A DNA stretch of 64,000 nucleotides from Lama glama (Eukaryota). Both the position numbers and the translations under genes were made by a program. Each line of letters starts with the position of its first letter. The first letter of the stretch is position 1. The notes under the pieces are model-generated. The model ran no database searches. It saw nothing but the letters and a program-made list of their open reading frames with translations, and had not been told where the DNA came from. Below, in pieces: positions 37,583 through 50,430 of this stretch. The stretch covers positions 10,292,001 to 10,356,000 of the forward strand of contig CM052837.1 of NCBI GenBank assembly GCA_028534125.1. Reading direction: 5' to 3'.

Positions 37583-38430
37583 CTTTTGATTCTGAATTAT
37601 CTAACCTTTAGCAAGTCCTATAGTAATGTTTGAGTTGAGTCCACCATGGATACTAGGCTCTTGGTTCAAATAACCTTTGGTATCTAATACTAAAAGATCC
37701 TCCATAGATCAGTCTATATTCTTCCTACAGTTCTCATCATGAATAGGAAATGACTGTGGCTGTCCAGGTAACTTAATGCTCAGGTTCACGTTGCTTTTAT
37801 AACTGTTGATAAACTTTTCCCTGAGGAAAGGAGACTTGCAGATGGCAAGAAAAGAAAGGTAATTATTTTTTAATTGCACTAAAAGCAGGACAAGGAAGAT
37901 CTTAAATTACCAAGAGGGGTCCCTGGACAATGCAGAGTAAAGAGCCTGACTGCTCTGTCCTCCAGCCTCTGTGCACCTGCACAGCTGTGCCCTCCTGTAC
38001 CACTCAGAGAGCCCATGTGCTGCCACAGCTGCTCCTGGTCCCTGCTCTGCACACCTCAGACCTTGGATTTATCTACTCCTGGGCCCACAGTGGCCTGAGG
38101 AAAGACTGTTTATTGATGGGAGGTATGGAAATAGCTTGGTAGTTTTCATGCAAGTCCTGGAGGTCAGAAGGAGCAAGGGGGTGAGGTGGAAGCTGGTTCT
38201 CCTTACTTAGCCGTGTTCTGAGATTCAAGTATTTGAAGTTTAAACCTGGCTTCTGGGTTGTTCTGAAGGCATGTTTATCAAGCAGGGCAGATAGAACATA
38301 TTTAACAATATTTAGCTTAGTTTAGCATTTTTGAATACTTAGATATAGAATAATTGAGACTTTTAGGCCCTCAAATGTTAGAATTGGGGTTGCCCGGATA
38401 ACTATTTCAGAAGGGTCATACTCTGTTGTT

Positions 38431-38434
<4 letters not shown>

Positions 38435-38461
<27 letters not shown>
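38435..38461. repeat. (CA)n microsatellite
   Basis: About 13 CA units. Confidence 0.95.
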
Positions 38462-38465
<4 letters not shown>

Positions 38466-41138
38466 GCAGCATGGTAGATTATAAGAAAAGGAGATTGCAC
38501 TCCTGTGATTATAGCAGACATGTTGCACAAGATGTGTTAAACCCTCATCCAAGTGTTTTACCTGTGTGTCTTAATTAATCTTCTTAAGAGCTCTCTGTAA
38601 AACAGACAACTCAAGGCACAATATCATGGAGAGGAGTCAAACTGCCTCATCTGGATCCAATGTCTGTATACACTGCAGCCAGTGGCAGCTCAGTAGATAA
38701 GATGTTTTGTTTGGAGTCCTTGAACCTTCAGTAACTGAAAGACTGCTGGATTAATCAACCCACTTTGGCTCTCAAATCCTCTGATTTTGCATATGTGTTC
38801 ATGGGGACTTCCCCATGAAAAGGGAAAGTAAATGCCCTGACTGCCTTGCTGTGTTCAGCATTATGATTAAAACCAAAAATCAATGTTTGGTTGCTTGTAT
38901 AAAAAAAGAAATTCAACTTACATTTTAAAACAGTGGTCAGTCATGGGATTCCCTCTGCCAGTTTTCAAGGAAATTGCCATCTGTGTCGTTGGTGATGAAG
39001 GTAAATTGGCAATGAACAGTCCTTTTGTTTGTCCTGTAAAACACAGTGCATATTCCTCAGCCTGCAATACACCACTGTCCGGCTGAATCAAGATAACTTT
39101 ATCCCAATATTATTGGTTCCATCACTCTTCTAATAAATTAAAGACAGAGGGAAGGTGGGGGAGAGCTCAGTCACTCATGCCTTCAGTCCCAAACATAAGA
39201 TCTATGACAGAATCAGCAGTTGTCAGCTTCACTTTTCAATTCAGATTCAAGGTTGACATACTATTTAAGAAACTCCTTAGCTATTTTCTAGATGGAATTT
39301 GATCCCTTTGCTTCTAAGCGTGGTTATTTGTATCATGCAAATGGATTTTCTAGCTAATTGTTCTTAACTGTCAACAGAGTTGCCCCCTTGTCTAATTTAG
39401 TTCCATTGCAATTTACTGAACCAGGATGAGAGCTTCCTAGAAGAGCAGAAAACTTATACTTCATTTGTTTCAAAGAAAGATTCTTCCTCCAAAGTAGGAA
39501 CAGTTGCTACGTGGGTATAATTTAACCTCTAAAAATATAAACAGTGATGAAGGAGAGGGATTAAAGGAAAAAAAAAGTCTTATAGAAACTGAATGTCGAG
39601 CTTTCTTCATGTGTGCTTTTTAGGACAATGTTCTTCTCTGGCTTTTAGAGACATGGAAACAGAAGGGGAATTTTCCAGTCATATTTGAATAACAGCTATT
39701 CATAACTTGAGTTAAACGGTAGCTTGTTTTACCCTTTATGAGAGTTTTTAAGACAACAGCTACCTCCAAGCTGTGTCCCATCTTCCTAGTCCAAGCAGAG
39801 TCCTCTCCCCCTCCCCCTCACAGTCAAGGGCTCCCTAAACCTCATCAACTTCAAACTTTCTAGCACATGCCCTTTCCTGGCCTCTGCTGCTACTCCCCTT
39901 AGCATCTCTGAATTAGACCTTGTGTCAGCTTCCTCTCTGTTCTTTGTCGTCATTCCCACCCCCACATGGACATCTCATCATCTGATTATCACCTTCTCAT
40001 TGAAAATGTCCTACCAGCTACCCCCACCCCTGCCCCAGATTCTTCCACATGGTTCTGGGAAACTTCTGGAAGCAAAATCACTTTGTTTCTTACTTGACCC
40101 CCTTCTTGTACTAGACTGAGAACTCCTAAAGAAGATACCTTGTTTCTTTGTCTTTGCATCCCCAGCATCTAGCTTTCAGCATAGGTATGTCATGTCTTCA
40201 GAAGAGTTAATAAGAGTTTGTGGATGAATGGATGTTACCTGGGCTAAAAAATGAGCTCAAATGCAAAAGAGTAATGCCATGATTTAAAATTCCAGAATGG
40301 AACCTAGCAATGATCTGATCTAATCCATTTTCTTGGAAAAAAAAAGTTGTACGCTAGTAATTATTTTCTACTTTGTATAAAAGCAAGATGCATGGAAGGA
40401 AAGATTAATACTCTCTGTTTCTGGTTAGAGACAAACTCTAATATTGGATATGGATATAAAGCAGACTTTCTAAATACACTAAAAACTAATGAAGCAAACC
40501 ATAAGCTAAGAGCCACCTTTCCGACAATAGAGAAAATAAACTGGGCTTCTTGAAAGACATTAAGAATAATTATTTGATTACTAGATGCAACTTACACCTA
40601 CTGCTCTGTTATCCCAAACCTGGTATGGATATGCCTGGTTGGTAATGTGATCCCTGCTTGAACATCACTTGATTTGTATACTGAAAGCTAGGGTTTGGTG
40701 CTAGTCTTTGGTACCACTTGTTTCCATAGTAACAGATGCGCTATGAAGTGAGAGAAACCAGGAAGGCCTGGGATAGAAATTAATCAAAGTCAGTGGTCCA
40801 GGCAAAGGGTTCCCTAGCATGGGACCCAGCATCTCTTCAGGCTTCTGGTCACATGTGTTTGCAGCAGGATTCCCAGAGATAGGAGATTTTAGGGTGATAA
40901 CTGGAAGGGTTTATAGGCAATATATAGTTAGTTTCTGTGACAGCAGTTGGTGTTTAATTTAGCTTAGAGTCCTGCGGCAGCACCAGCATTGGCATATGAG
41001 CTGTCTACATTGGTTGAAAGAAACACTTACCGCCAAGAGCCCACTAATAACGAGGAATCAGTGAACACAACTGGAGACTTATTATCTGTGAAGTATAGTT
41101 GAGCTGTCCCTTCAAAACTGGAAGGTGTAGGAGAACAC

Positions 41139-41627
41139 TGTGAATTCTGTTAGGTACTTGGGAGATAAAATTCATATTTTATGGCAAGACAAGAAAAATT
41201 TAAACATTAAAAATTCTTCTCTGCCCTTTGACCCCCCTCTCTCCCTACCATGCCCTGTGAATCTGCATTATGCATGGACCAGACATCTCCCATCGGCAAG
41301 AACACCTGCTCAACCATAAAGAGAAAGAGTCTCCTGCCATCAACAAGGCAACTCCTTAAGGGATAATGTTCCTTCTTGAGCTCATAAGGGGTCACATGAC
41401 CTGCTGGGATGATGCTTAGATCTGGAGCCCGTAAACTGTCAATAATACATCATTTGATGTATAGCCCTCTGTCTCAAAAAGCTTGTATAACTGTGCCTTG
41501 ATTTCTAACAGGCAAAACATCTCTCAGAGCTTTGTGAGATGCTCTTACCAGGTAGTAATCCGCAAATTTGGCTTAAATAAAACTTTCCATTTCTTTCTTA
41601 GATCGACTGATTAATTTTTCGTCAACT
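41139..41627 (+). mobile_element. ERV1-class solo LTR, sense to the host gene
   Basis: TATA-like TTGTATAA at ~41483, AATAAA at 41576-41581, and a 3' end GATTAATTTTTCGTCAAC resembling the LTR at 25886. Confidence 0.7.
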
Positions 41628-41659
41628 CACTAAGCATTTGATGATGCCGATTTAGAGCA

Positions 41660-41950
41660 GACTTTCTAGTCTTGTGGCCTCAATGTGTGAAATTTCTCCT
41701 GAAAATCCAGATTTCTGGCTTCTCTTAAAAAGAATCATTTATACACAGACATAAAATTTGGCAACATTGACCGTGTTTCCTCATGTCAACCATCCTTGTA
41801 GCCGAGTAGCCTTGTCTCCATCATAGACAGACAGATAATGGAGCCTTCACTTTGTCAAGTCCCCACCCCTCCCTACTGCATATTATCAGGCCATTTTACT
41901 TGTGTATATTACCCTTTTGGTCCTTGAAGCCTTTTGAATATGTGATCCGT
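41660..41950. mobile_element. MER102-like hAT-Charlie element
   Basis: AAAATCCAGATTTCTGGCTTCTCTTAAAAA...TTGGCAACATTG. Confidence 0.6.
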
Positions 41951-43039
41951 GGATTGGAGTAGAGGATTGCTCTGTTTGGGAAGCCTTTTATCCTTCTGTT
42001 TTGTCCCTTCTTACTCCCATTTCCTGAAAATATGAGCCAATTTATTTAGCTGTAAGGTGAATGACAATTTAGAAAGATGCATTTTTAAAATTCCATCCCA
42101 GAAAAAAAAGGTCTAGAATTAAACCTCCTGTGCTGGTATGAAATTTATTCAAAAGGGTAGAATTGAGGGATATTTTGTGGGAATATTTGCATAGTTAAAT
42201 AGGCTTTGGCAGCTAACTCTTTCAGTATTTTTTCAACATTGGATGATAGTTTAAAAAAAAATTCCTGTTTCGTTTGGATTTAACCAAGGTGGAGAAAGAA
42301 ATCATATGGTCTTGAGCTTGCACGAGAGGGAGGTAGGGATTATCAAGACTCAAAAAGATGCTATCCTATTTCATATGATACTATCATCTGGAAAATCTAA
42401 AACATTCAGAATGCAGATATGCCCACAGAAGTAAAGTAGAGCCTAGTAAATGCTATGCATTCTATAGAATGACTGGAAAAATCTCAAAATCAATATTAGA
42501 ATCACCCAGGGTGACTGAGAATAATGATACCACTGTTCCTTAAGAAAAAGTAATGAAAAACAAATGAGGCAGAAAATTCCAGAGTTGTCCCTAGAGTTCT
42601 TCTTTGCTTGAGCTGGAAAAGTGAGAAAAAACTTCAGAAAGTGATTCCCACACCCCCACCCCAGCCCCTGCTTTTTCCCCTCGACCTCAATTTTATTTTA
42701 AACACAGAGCACAGCCTTCCCATTGAAGGCAGTTGTCTGCACAGACCAGGGTATGTGATGACTGTAGACTGTGAAATGTAGATGTGATGGCAAAACATAA
42801 AATCCTTAGGCCTAAGTTAATCACTTAACTGGTAGATCAAATTATCTTTTTAATTTTAATCCTATCTGTTAGGGTGGTGTCTGCTTGCTTCTGCTCTGTC
42901 TCATGACAGGCATGATAAAATATAGGAAACAGATATTAGAGTGACTGTTCTGAACTAGCCTTTCAGTATATAGGCATTCATGGTGCACTGCTGCATTTCT
43001 TTGGGGTGGCACTTAAACACATGTGGGCACGTCAATGAA

Positions 43040-43870
43040 CAGAGATAGAAGTTCCTCTTGTGCAGGGAGAGATGAACAGTAAACAGTAAGCATCATAAGT
43101 GAATGCATAGAATGCCAGGAGGCGATTCGTGCCTTGAAAAAGATGGTGGCAGGAAAGGGTGCAGTTTTAAATCTGGGGATCAGGATGGACCTCGCTGAGA
43201 AGGTGACATTTGGAGGAAAAGAGGGAAGTTACCCACCTTGTGATTTGTCCCGAGAAGCATCGCAGGCAGAGGGAAGCCCAGGCAAAGGCTCCCAGGTGGA
43301 ATGCCTGACTTGCGGGGGAAGCGCGCGGAGGCCAGTGTGGTTGGAACAGAGTGGACGAGGGCCAGAGCAGAAGGAGATGAGGTCAGGGAAGTGAGAGGTC
43401 AGAGCTGGCAGGATCTTAGAGGCAGAGGTAAGCACCTTGGCCTTTTCTCTAGCCACGATGGTGACCACTAGAGAGATCTGAGCAGAGGACGGGATCTGAC
43501 TTAGTTTATAGGAGTCACTTTGGCCTCTCTTGAGAGGGGTAAAATGTGACAGTGGGGAGACACTGCAGTAAATTCAAATGAGAGATGGTGATGCTTTCAC
43601 CAGGCCCGTAGCAGTGAAAATGGTGAGTGGCGACTCAATTCTCATCTATCTCGAAGGCAGTGTTTCCTTAGGCATGGATATGAGTTATGAGAGAAAGGGA
43701 GGAGTCAGGGAGGACTCTGAAGTTTTTGGCTTGAGCAACTCCAAGGATGAAATTATCTTCAGCTAAGAAAGGGAAGACTGGGAGAAGTAAGTTTCTTGGG
43801 GAGAGATCGAAAGTTTAGTTTTGGACATCAGATGCCCACGCGGATGGAGATGAGTATCTGTACTGGCAGT
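43040..43870 (-). mobile_element. L2 LINE
   Basis: CCTCGCTGAGAAGGTGACATTTG...GAGGCCAGTGTGGTTGGAACAGAGTG...AAGTTTTTGGCTTGAGCAACT...GTTTAGTTTTGGACAT. Confidence 0.85.
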
Positions 43871-45590
43871 TGGAAGTCATAGGCATATGGGCTAAAAGGG
43901 CTTGCTGTATTCATGCCTGCAGTCCCTTTAGCCTGTTTCTGCAAAACTTCAGAGATCTTTCAGAAGTTGTTGTAAAAGACCCTATCCTTTGCTTGCCAAA
44001 TGTGAGTGTATTGATTGCACCATCTATTAGTGTAGACAAGGACAGCACATGTCCAGTGGGTAAAAGGGCGTTGAGCCAGAGTAAGTTGCGCTCAAAGTTA
44101 TTTCCAAATGAACGAGATAATACAGCTATAGGAGCTGAACTGGAGTCTTAGAGAATTTAGCGTGCAGCCGTTAAATGCATCTAATGTTGGAAAATGGGAC
44201 AGAAGTAAGGCTACAATTGACCTTGTGATGAAACAGAAAGGATAAAATATTCCCCAGGAATAAATCATTTACCCATGTAATGCAATTGCATTCTTTCAGG
44301 GCGCTGGTGGACCAGCTGGCAAGCCATCTCCTCCGAGGCATTCGTAAAACTCCATGTCCCAAATAATGTGGCTCATGCCATGATCATTTTTAAGGGATCA
44401 GATATCATGGAAGTAGGCAAAGTTGGAGAAAATATAAATAAAGTTTATATCTTTATCCATGTCATATCCAATATGGCATGAATAATAAAAATTATTTTGA
44501 GTCTAGGTCTTGCTAGAAACCCCAAACTAAAAATAGTTTTGCATGGAGAAAGAGTGTGTAACAAATACGCTGAGGGCAGAGAGACGCGTCTTGTTCATAT
44601 TTATATGTGGGTGTACAGTAAACGTTAGTGGATTTTAACTGAGTGTTGAAATGTAAGTGATCAGCAAGAAGTGAGGAATGAATATTGGGCAGGCAGTTAG
44701 CAGGCTGTAGGGGGATTTCAGAAATAATGTAGATGGTTCCCTTGATGAGACTGTATCAGTTGAGGTGGTTTAAGTTGTAGGGAAAGTATTTTAAAATTGG
44801 CCATCTGCTTCAAACAATTATGGAGCGACAAAGGGATCCAGAGTTGATGAGATTTTATGAGTGTTTGCCAGTAGGGTATTCAGGCTCAGCAGGCCCCAGA
44901 TCATTGTGCTCTTAAAATAAGAGCTATTAAGCCTTGGACTTGGATGTGGTTTTAAGAAGCTCATCATCACTGGTATAGCAAGGGGCCCTCTAGATTTTTC
45001 TCACACCAGACAACACCTTGGGTGCTGGAGTTTTCCCATTTAGAACAGAGAAACCTGTAGAGAATCATTTCATGATTTCTGGTGTTCTTGAAGGAAGAGA
45101 AGAAATCTGGGGAGAGCTCTTAGAGCCAGTAGAAGAGCGGTCCTGAGTAGGCTTTGGGTCATCAACATTGAGCCCTTCTTTACCATGTTTGGTGGCTCTA
45201 GTCGTTGAACTCAGAGTTACAGTTTTGCTCTTCTGAGTCAGAACTTCAAGGTTCACCACTCAGTTCCTTTATGTTCAGGGCCTCCATGTTGTAAAACTTC
45301 AAGGAGCATCATTCACATCTGGGCTAGGTGAGCAGTGCCTCCTGGAGTGCTGTGGTCCACAGCCTGAATGTCCTTCTGCAATGATTCTGCTTGTATGGCC
45401 ATTGATCTGGTCCAGACTTTGTGGGATGGATCAACATGCCTTATAATCGTGTATGTTTCCTGTCCTCTTTCTTCTTCTCCCTCCAGACTGTAAGAGGCTT
45501 CAGGGAAGGAGCTAGATTTTGTGTGTCTGTAGTAAAGCATCTCACCTGACACCCTTCACATAGAGTTGCTCAATAAATCTTTACTAAATA

Positions 45591-45806
45591 CAGTTGACCC
45601 TTGGACAACATGGGGGCAAGGGATGCTGACTCTCCCTGTGGTTGAAAATCCATATATAATTTATAGTTCGCTTTTAAAAAAAATATGAGTCCTTTGTATC
45701 TGAGGTTCTGCATCCCTGGATTCAACCAACCAATACCAGGGCTGTAGTATTTGCTATTAGAAAAAAAACAGCCTATAAGCAACTCATGTTGTTCAAGGGT
45801 CAACTG
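45591..45806. mobile_element. Tigger2/MER8-type TcMar MITE
   Basis: 22-bp TIRs CAGTTGACCCTTGGACAACATG (45591-45612) and CATGTTGTTCAAGGGTCAACTG (45785-45806), one mismatch. TA target on the left. Confidence 0.9.
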
Positions 45807-46729
45807 CACATAAATGAATAATCATGCTGTGGTTTGTTGAGACTTGACTATGTGTTAGGCTCTGTGTAAAATATTTCACCTGTTCATGTCCCTTAATCCA
45901 AATAGTGACCCCCATGGAGGTACACATTGTCTTCATTTCTCCTTCAAGGATGCTGAGACGGTGAGCAGATGGTGTATAAGTGGACAGTGTGAATGAAGAC
46001 AGTTCTTTCAAGAATTTTGACGTGAAGAATTGAAAAGAGTAAAACTAGAAGGTACCGTGGAAACAGGATGTTGGGTTGAGGGAGAGCATTTTATATAAAA
46101 ATGAGTGGACTTGAGCACATTTACATGTGATGGAATGGATTCAGTGGTGAGATCAGTTGAGAGATCTGATATTTGTTATCCTTCAGAGAAGAACCCAGAG
46201 GACAGGCACATGGAGGAACAGACAAGATGTTTGTTCTCCTGGAATAGGAGTAAAGGATTGGATGGGATAGATTCAAGGAAACTTGATGGTGGGAAGCTGA
46301 AAGTTCCTGTCTGAAGCCTTTTCTTTTTATCTTTCCAGAAGGAGGCAGAGTTATATAATTTGAGGAAAATGGTTGTGGTGATCATGGCAGTGGTGATAGT
46401 GGTTTTAAGAAGAATAGAAAAGGTGTGAAATGGTCTCTGCAGAAATCCTGAGACTGAATCAGTTGATTCAGAGACATTTCCATGTGCTTCCTTCAGTTTG
46501 TATTAATGTAACTGTGGCTGCAAATTAAAACTCTTAAGAATGCATTTTCTTTGTATCTACCAGTAAAAAGACATTTGGCCCAATTTAATTAGAGTCTAAA
46601 GTAAGAGACCTTCTGCATGTAGGAGAGGTTTGAATTTTATCAAATACATTTAAAGAAAAGCTTTCCTTCTCTTGATTTCTACCTCTTGATTCATTTTCAG
46701 GAAAGTTGGGGAAATTCTGGGTGTATTTC

Positions 46730-47320
46730 CTGTAGGCTAAAATTGTATTTGCAGCCAGATGCTCTGGGAAACAGAGAATGAATTTCTTCAACAGGATTCG
46801 TTTGCTTGAAAGAGATTCAACTCAAAAGATTCAACTCCAGGGGTATCAAGAAAACTAGGAAGTTACTCATCTGTACAGCTGAAAATTCCAGAAATACAGC
46901 TGAATCAGGAGCTCAGAAATATCATGATGCCGTTTCTCCCCCAGCTCTCAGCTCTGTGTGTTTCTTTCTGGGCTTCATTCCTCAAGCAGTTTCTCTCATT
47001 TTTCTGGCAAGCTAGCCCCGTCCCCACACCCAACCCCACAGCTCTGGGGTTTTGATCCTACTAATTTCAAAATCCAGGAAATGCTCACCAGCCCAGGAAT
47101 TCCAAGTTTCAGGATTGAATTTCGGTAGTTCCAGTGTTACTTTTGTAGGTCATGTGACAGCATCCATTCCCAGTCTAATTAGTATTTGTTGTTTATTGAC
47201 CCCTTGGGAGGTGTCCGAACTCCTCACTGGGGCCAGTCAGAGTGGAACAGAGTGGAGTTCCTTTCTCCCAAACCACCTGGATGGAGAGTGGGATGGAGAG
47301 GATTGGTAATGATGATCAGG
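46730..47320 (-). mobile_element. old MaLR (MLT1K/L-like) LTR
   Basis: CTCAGCTCTGTG...GGCTTCATTCCTCAAGCAGTTTCTC...GGTCATGTG. Confidence 0.5.
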
Positions 47321-48034
47321 ATACCTTCGTCGGAAGCAGGAACAGTAGATGGTGCTCATGAAATTTTTGTGTTTTTCCTTAGAGTGTATAAAAGTAAAAT
47401 TGCCTAGTGTATTTATATTCTCTACAAAGTTTTCTGGCCCAGCAAAATTTCTCTGGTCACATGGTTTTGACAGCTCTGATTTATTGGACTGATTGTATTT
47501 GAAAATATCTATTTTTTTTCCCTAGAAATAGCAGCTTCCAAAGACACTATTCATAGATTCTTTTCCCTCATCCTCTTGTGATCTTCGCTTTTCATCTTTG
47601 TGTCCTAATTTTTCCATTGTACGGCTGCTTCTATTTTGTAAGAAATAGATTTGTGTGGAGATCCTGATTTAGTATGAAATTATAATGGAAAGTCATTTGC
47701 ATATTCAGAACCTGACTTAATGGGAGGAAGATCAGTGATAATTGCAACCTAAATGTTTCTCAGGGTAATGAGCTTATGTGGGTTAGTGGGGGCATGTTGA
47801 CGGTCATACCAAACTAACATGAAGTGTATACACCCAAGCCCTCGACTTCTCCTGACATTTCCTTTCTTTGGCTTTCTCATGTGTAGTGCATTTCCTCACT
47901 GTGATTTAAATGGTTTGGTATTGTGTTGTCCTGTAGAGCTTCCTGTTTTATTATGTTCGTTCAACTTTTGAATGAGACCAATTGGGAAGTACCTTTGGTA
48001 ACTACTGTTGTTTTGGCTGTTACTTGGTTGAAAT

Positions 48035-48509
48035 TGTTAGAACCGGAGAGAAAGGATCAGAGACAGATCAACGACAGAGTCAAGTTTATTGAGAGAAACC
48101 TGCAGAGGGCGTCTCCAGTCAGACTGGAGCCCAATTCTCTGCGTACAGGCTTGGTTATTTATGCTTGGAAGTAGGAGCTGATTAGTGGGTTTCTTATGCA
48201 AATGAGGGATTCTGAAAGTAAAAGGGGCGTGTCTGAAAAAGAGAGGGGCCTGTTGGATGAACTTTCCTGCCAGTAGTTCTCACTCAGGTCCAGGGAGGGG
48301 TTTCATGAAGATAAGGTATGCTGGAGGGTAAATGCTGACTGGTGGGTTTTGCAGAAGGTGGAGGTTGTGGCTTGCAGTCGCCTTGGTTTCTCCTGAAATG
48401 GCGGTGGATCACCGAAATGGAGCTGGTCGTGTCTGTCAGAAATGATGTCCAGTCCCCTGTTTTTATTATTTCTATAGTCCTGCCTGCCAACCTACATTCT
48501 GTTTCAACA
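48035..48509 (-). mobile_element. ERV LTR (solo)
   Basis: TGTTAGAACC...CAAGTTTATTGAG (antisense AATAAA), TTATTTAT, ATGCAAAT octamer, AAATGGCG/AAATGGAG motifs, ending TTTCAACA. Confidence 0.65.
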
Positions 48510-49369
48510 GCATACGCCTACCATTTTGTCTGGTTTGGGATGTTCACGCATTCTTGAGAAAGTGGCAGACTTGGAATTCTATCTAATGCTTGCCCCCAGC
48601 CCCTCTGAAACCGTAGTGTTTCCAGTCTATTTCATGGAATGTTGTCAGACATACACCTTCTGATGATTTCGTCTGTCCATTGCACATTAGTAGCCTTAGG
48701 AACATCAGGGTCTACGTGCGTCTGTTCAGGCACATTTGCTTTCCCTGGCATGGTCTGAGCTGTTGGTTCTTACAGATACACAGTCTCTTATAAAAGGCCC
48801 TGCGAGCTGCTGGTCCCATGTTGACAGATTGGCAGTTCCAGATCCGCCTCCTTCTCTTCCTTGTATCTTCCCCTGGGTTGCCTTCTTGGAAAATACATAC
48901 ATTCCTCTACTTTCTCCTCTGGAAAAGAGAAGATTAAATTCTCTCTCCTTGCCAGATTTTTTTTTTTTCTGAGACAATTTTCCTCCAGACCAAAAGGCAT
49001 AGAGAACAATGAGAAGAAATATACTTGAAGGCACTGTTCGTTCTGAATTTACTTTTTCTTTCTTTGCTTTTCATTTCAAAAGAGATGCAGCCTGCTTTAA
49101 TTTTCACAACGGAAGCAGTTGAATGTTTTTTTGGAAATGCCAGCTGAATTTTATGTGACAAAGGTGGCCAGTGGCCCTGGCTGCTCTGTGACCTGCAGGG
49201 AAGGGTCTGCTCCTGGATTCTGGTGTGTCTGGGCCCACTTGGTTCGACCACTGTAATTCAGGATTGAGAGTTTTGGAATCTGATATAAGTCATGGGGGCC
49301 AACCTGGTACACAACTCTCTGCTAGCCATGACAGTTAACTAAGAAAACCTCATTTTACAAAGGCAATTT

Positions 49370-49550
49370 GTCTAGTGAGTAAGACATGGGACTCTGAACT
49401 TGGCAGACATGGGATCCATTCCTTGTCTGGACTGTTACTAGCTGTGCAAATTGATCAAATTTATGAGTAAATCTGAGCATTGATTTCCTAAGAATTAAAA
49501 GTAACAATACTCTTTGGGACCTCATTAGGGTTGCTGTGGGTTACTAGCGT
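49370..49550 (+). mobile_element. MIR SINE
   Basis: TAAGACATGGGACTCTG...TTACTAGCTGTG...CCTCATTAGGGTTGCTGTG. Confidence 0.6.
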
Positions 49551-49930
49551 CCCGACCCAAAATGTGACTCTGGTTTACTTTCCACACATGTTTTCACCAT
49601 CTGAAATTTGCATTTCTCTAGTAATCAGCAATATTGAGCATTTTTTCAGGGACCCATTGGCCATTTATATGTCTCCATTGGAGAATTGCTCAAACTCATA
49701 TTAAACCATGATTTTGCTTCAATAAAAGGAATGCTGGAGAAATCAAGAGCTCTGCTTAGTCAGGAGCAGTTACAAGCAGATACAAGATGAGGGTTCGGGT
49801 TGCCCTGTCCGCTGTTCTCTCTGCACTGCATGTCTTGGGGCGGCAGTTACAGCAGAAAAAAAGAAAGCTGATCATAGTAATGGTAATGTGGCTAACCTTT
49901 ACTTCAGTCTTAATGTATCAGGTATTATGC

Positions 49931-50430
49931 NNNNNNNNNNNNNNNNNNNNNNNNNNNNNNNNNNNNNNNNNNNNNNNNNNNNNNNNNNNNNNNNNNNNNN
50001 NNNNNNNNNNNNNNNNNNNNNNNNNNNNNNNNNNNNNNNNNNNNNNNNNNNNNNNNNNNNNNNNNNNNNNNNNNNNNNNNNNNNNNNNNNNNNNNNNNNN
50101 NNNNNNNNNNNNNNNNNNNNNNNNNNNNNNNNNNNNNNNNNNNNNNNNNNNNNNNNNNNNNNNNNNNNNNNNNNNNNNNNNNNNNNNNNNNNNNNNNNNN
50201 NNNNNNNNNNNNNNNNNNNNNNNNNNNNNNNNNNNNNNNNNNNNNNNNNNNNNNNNNNNNNNNNNNNNNNNNNNNNNNNNNNNNNNNNNNNNNNNNNNNN
50301 NNNNNNNNNNNNNNNNNNNNNNNNNNNNNNNNNNNNNNNNNNNNNNNNNNNNNNNNNNNNNNNNNNNNNNNNNNNNNNNNNNNNNNNNNNNNNNNNNNNN
50401 NNNNNNNNNNNNNNNNNNNNNNNNNNNNNN
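49931..50430. other. assembly gap (500 N)
   Basis: N run. Confidence 1.

Noticed and set aside
48113-48129. 8-bp inverted repeat CTCCAGTC-A-GACTGGAG
   Set aside because: Short enough to occur by chance, and it lies inside an LTR.
48789-48796. Canonical TATAAAAG just downstream of an LTR
   Set aside because: A single 8-mer is expected by chance, with no other promoter evidence.
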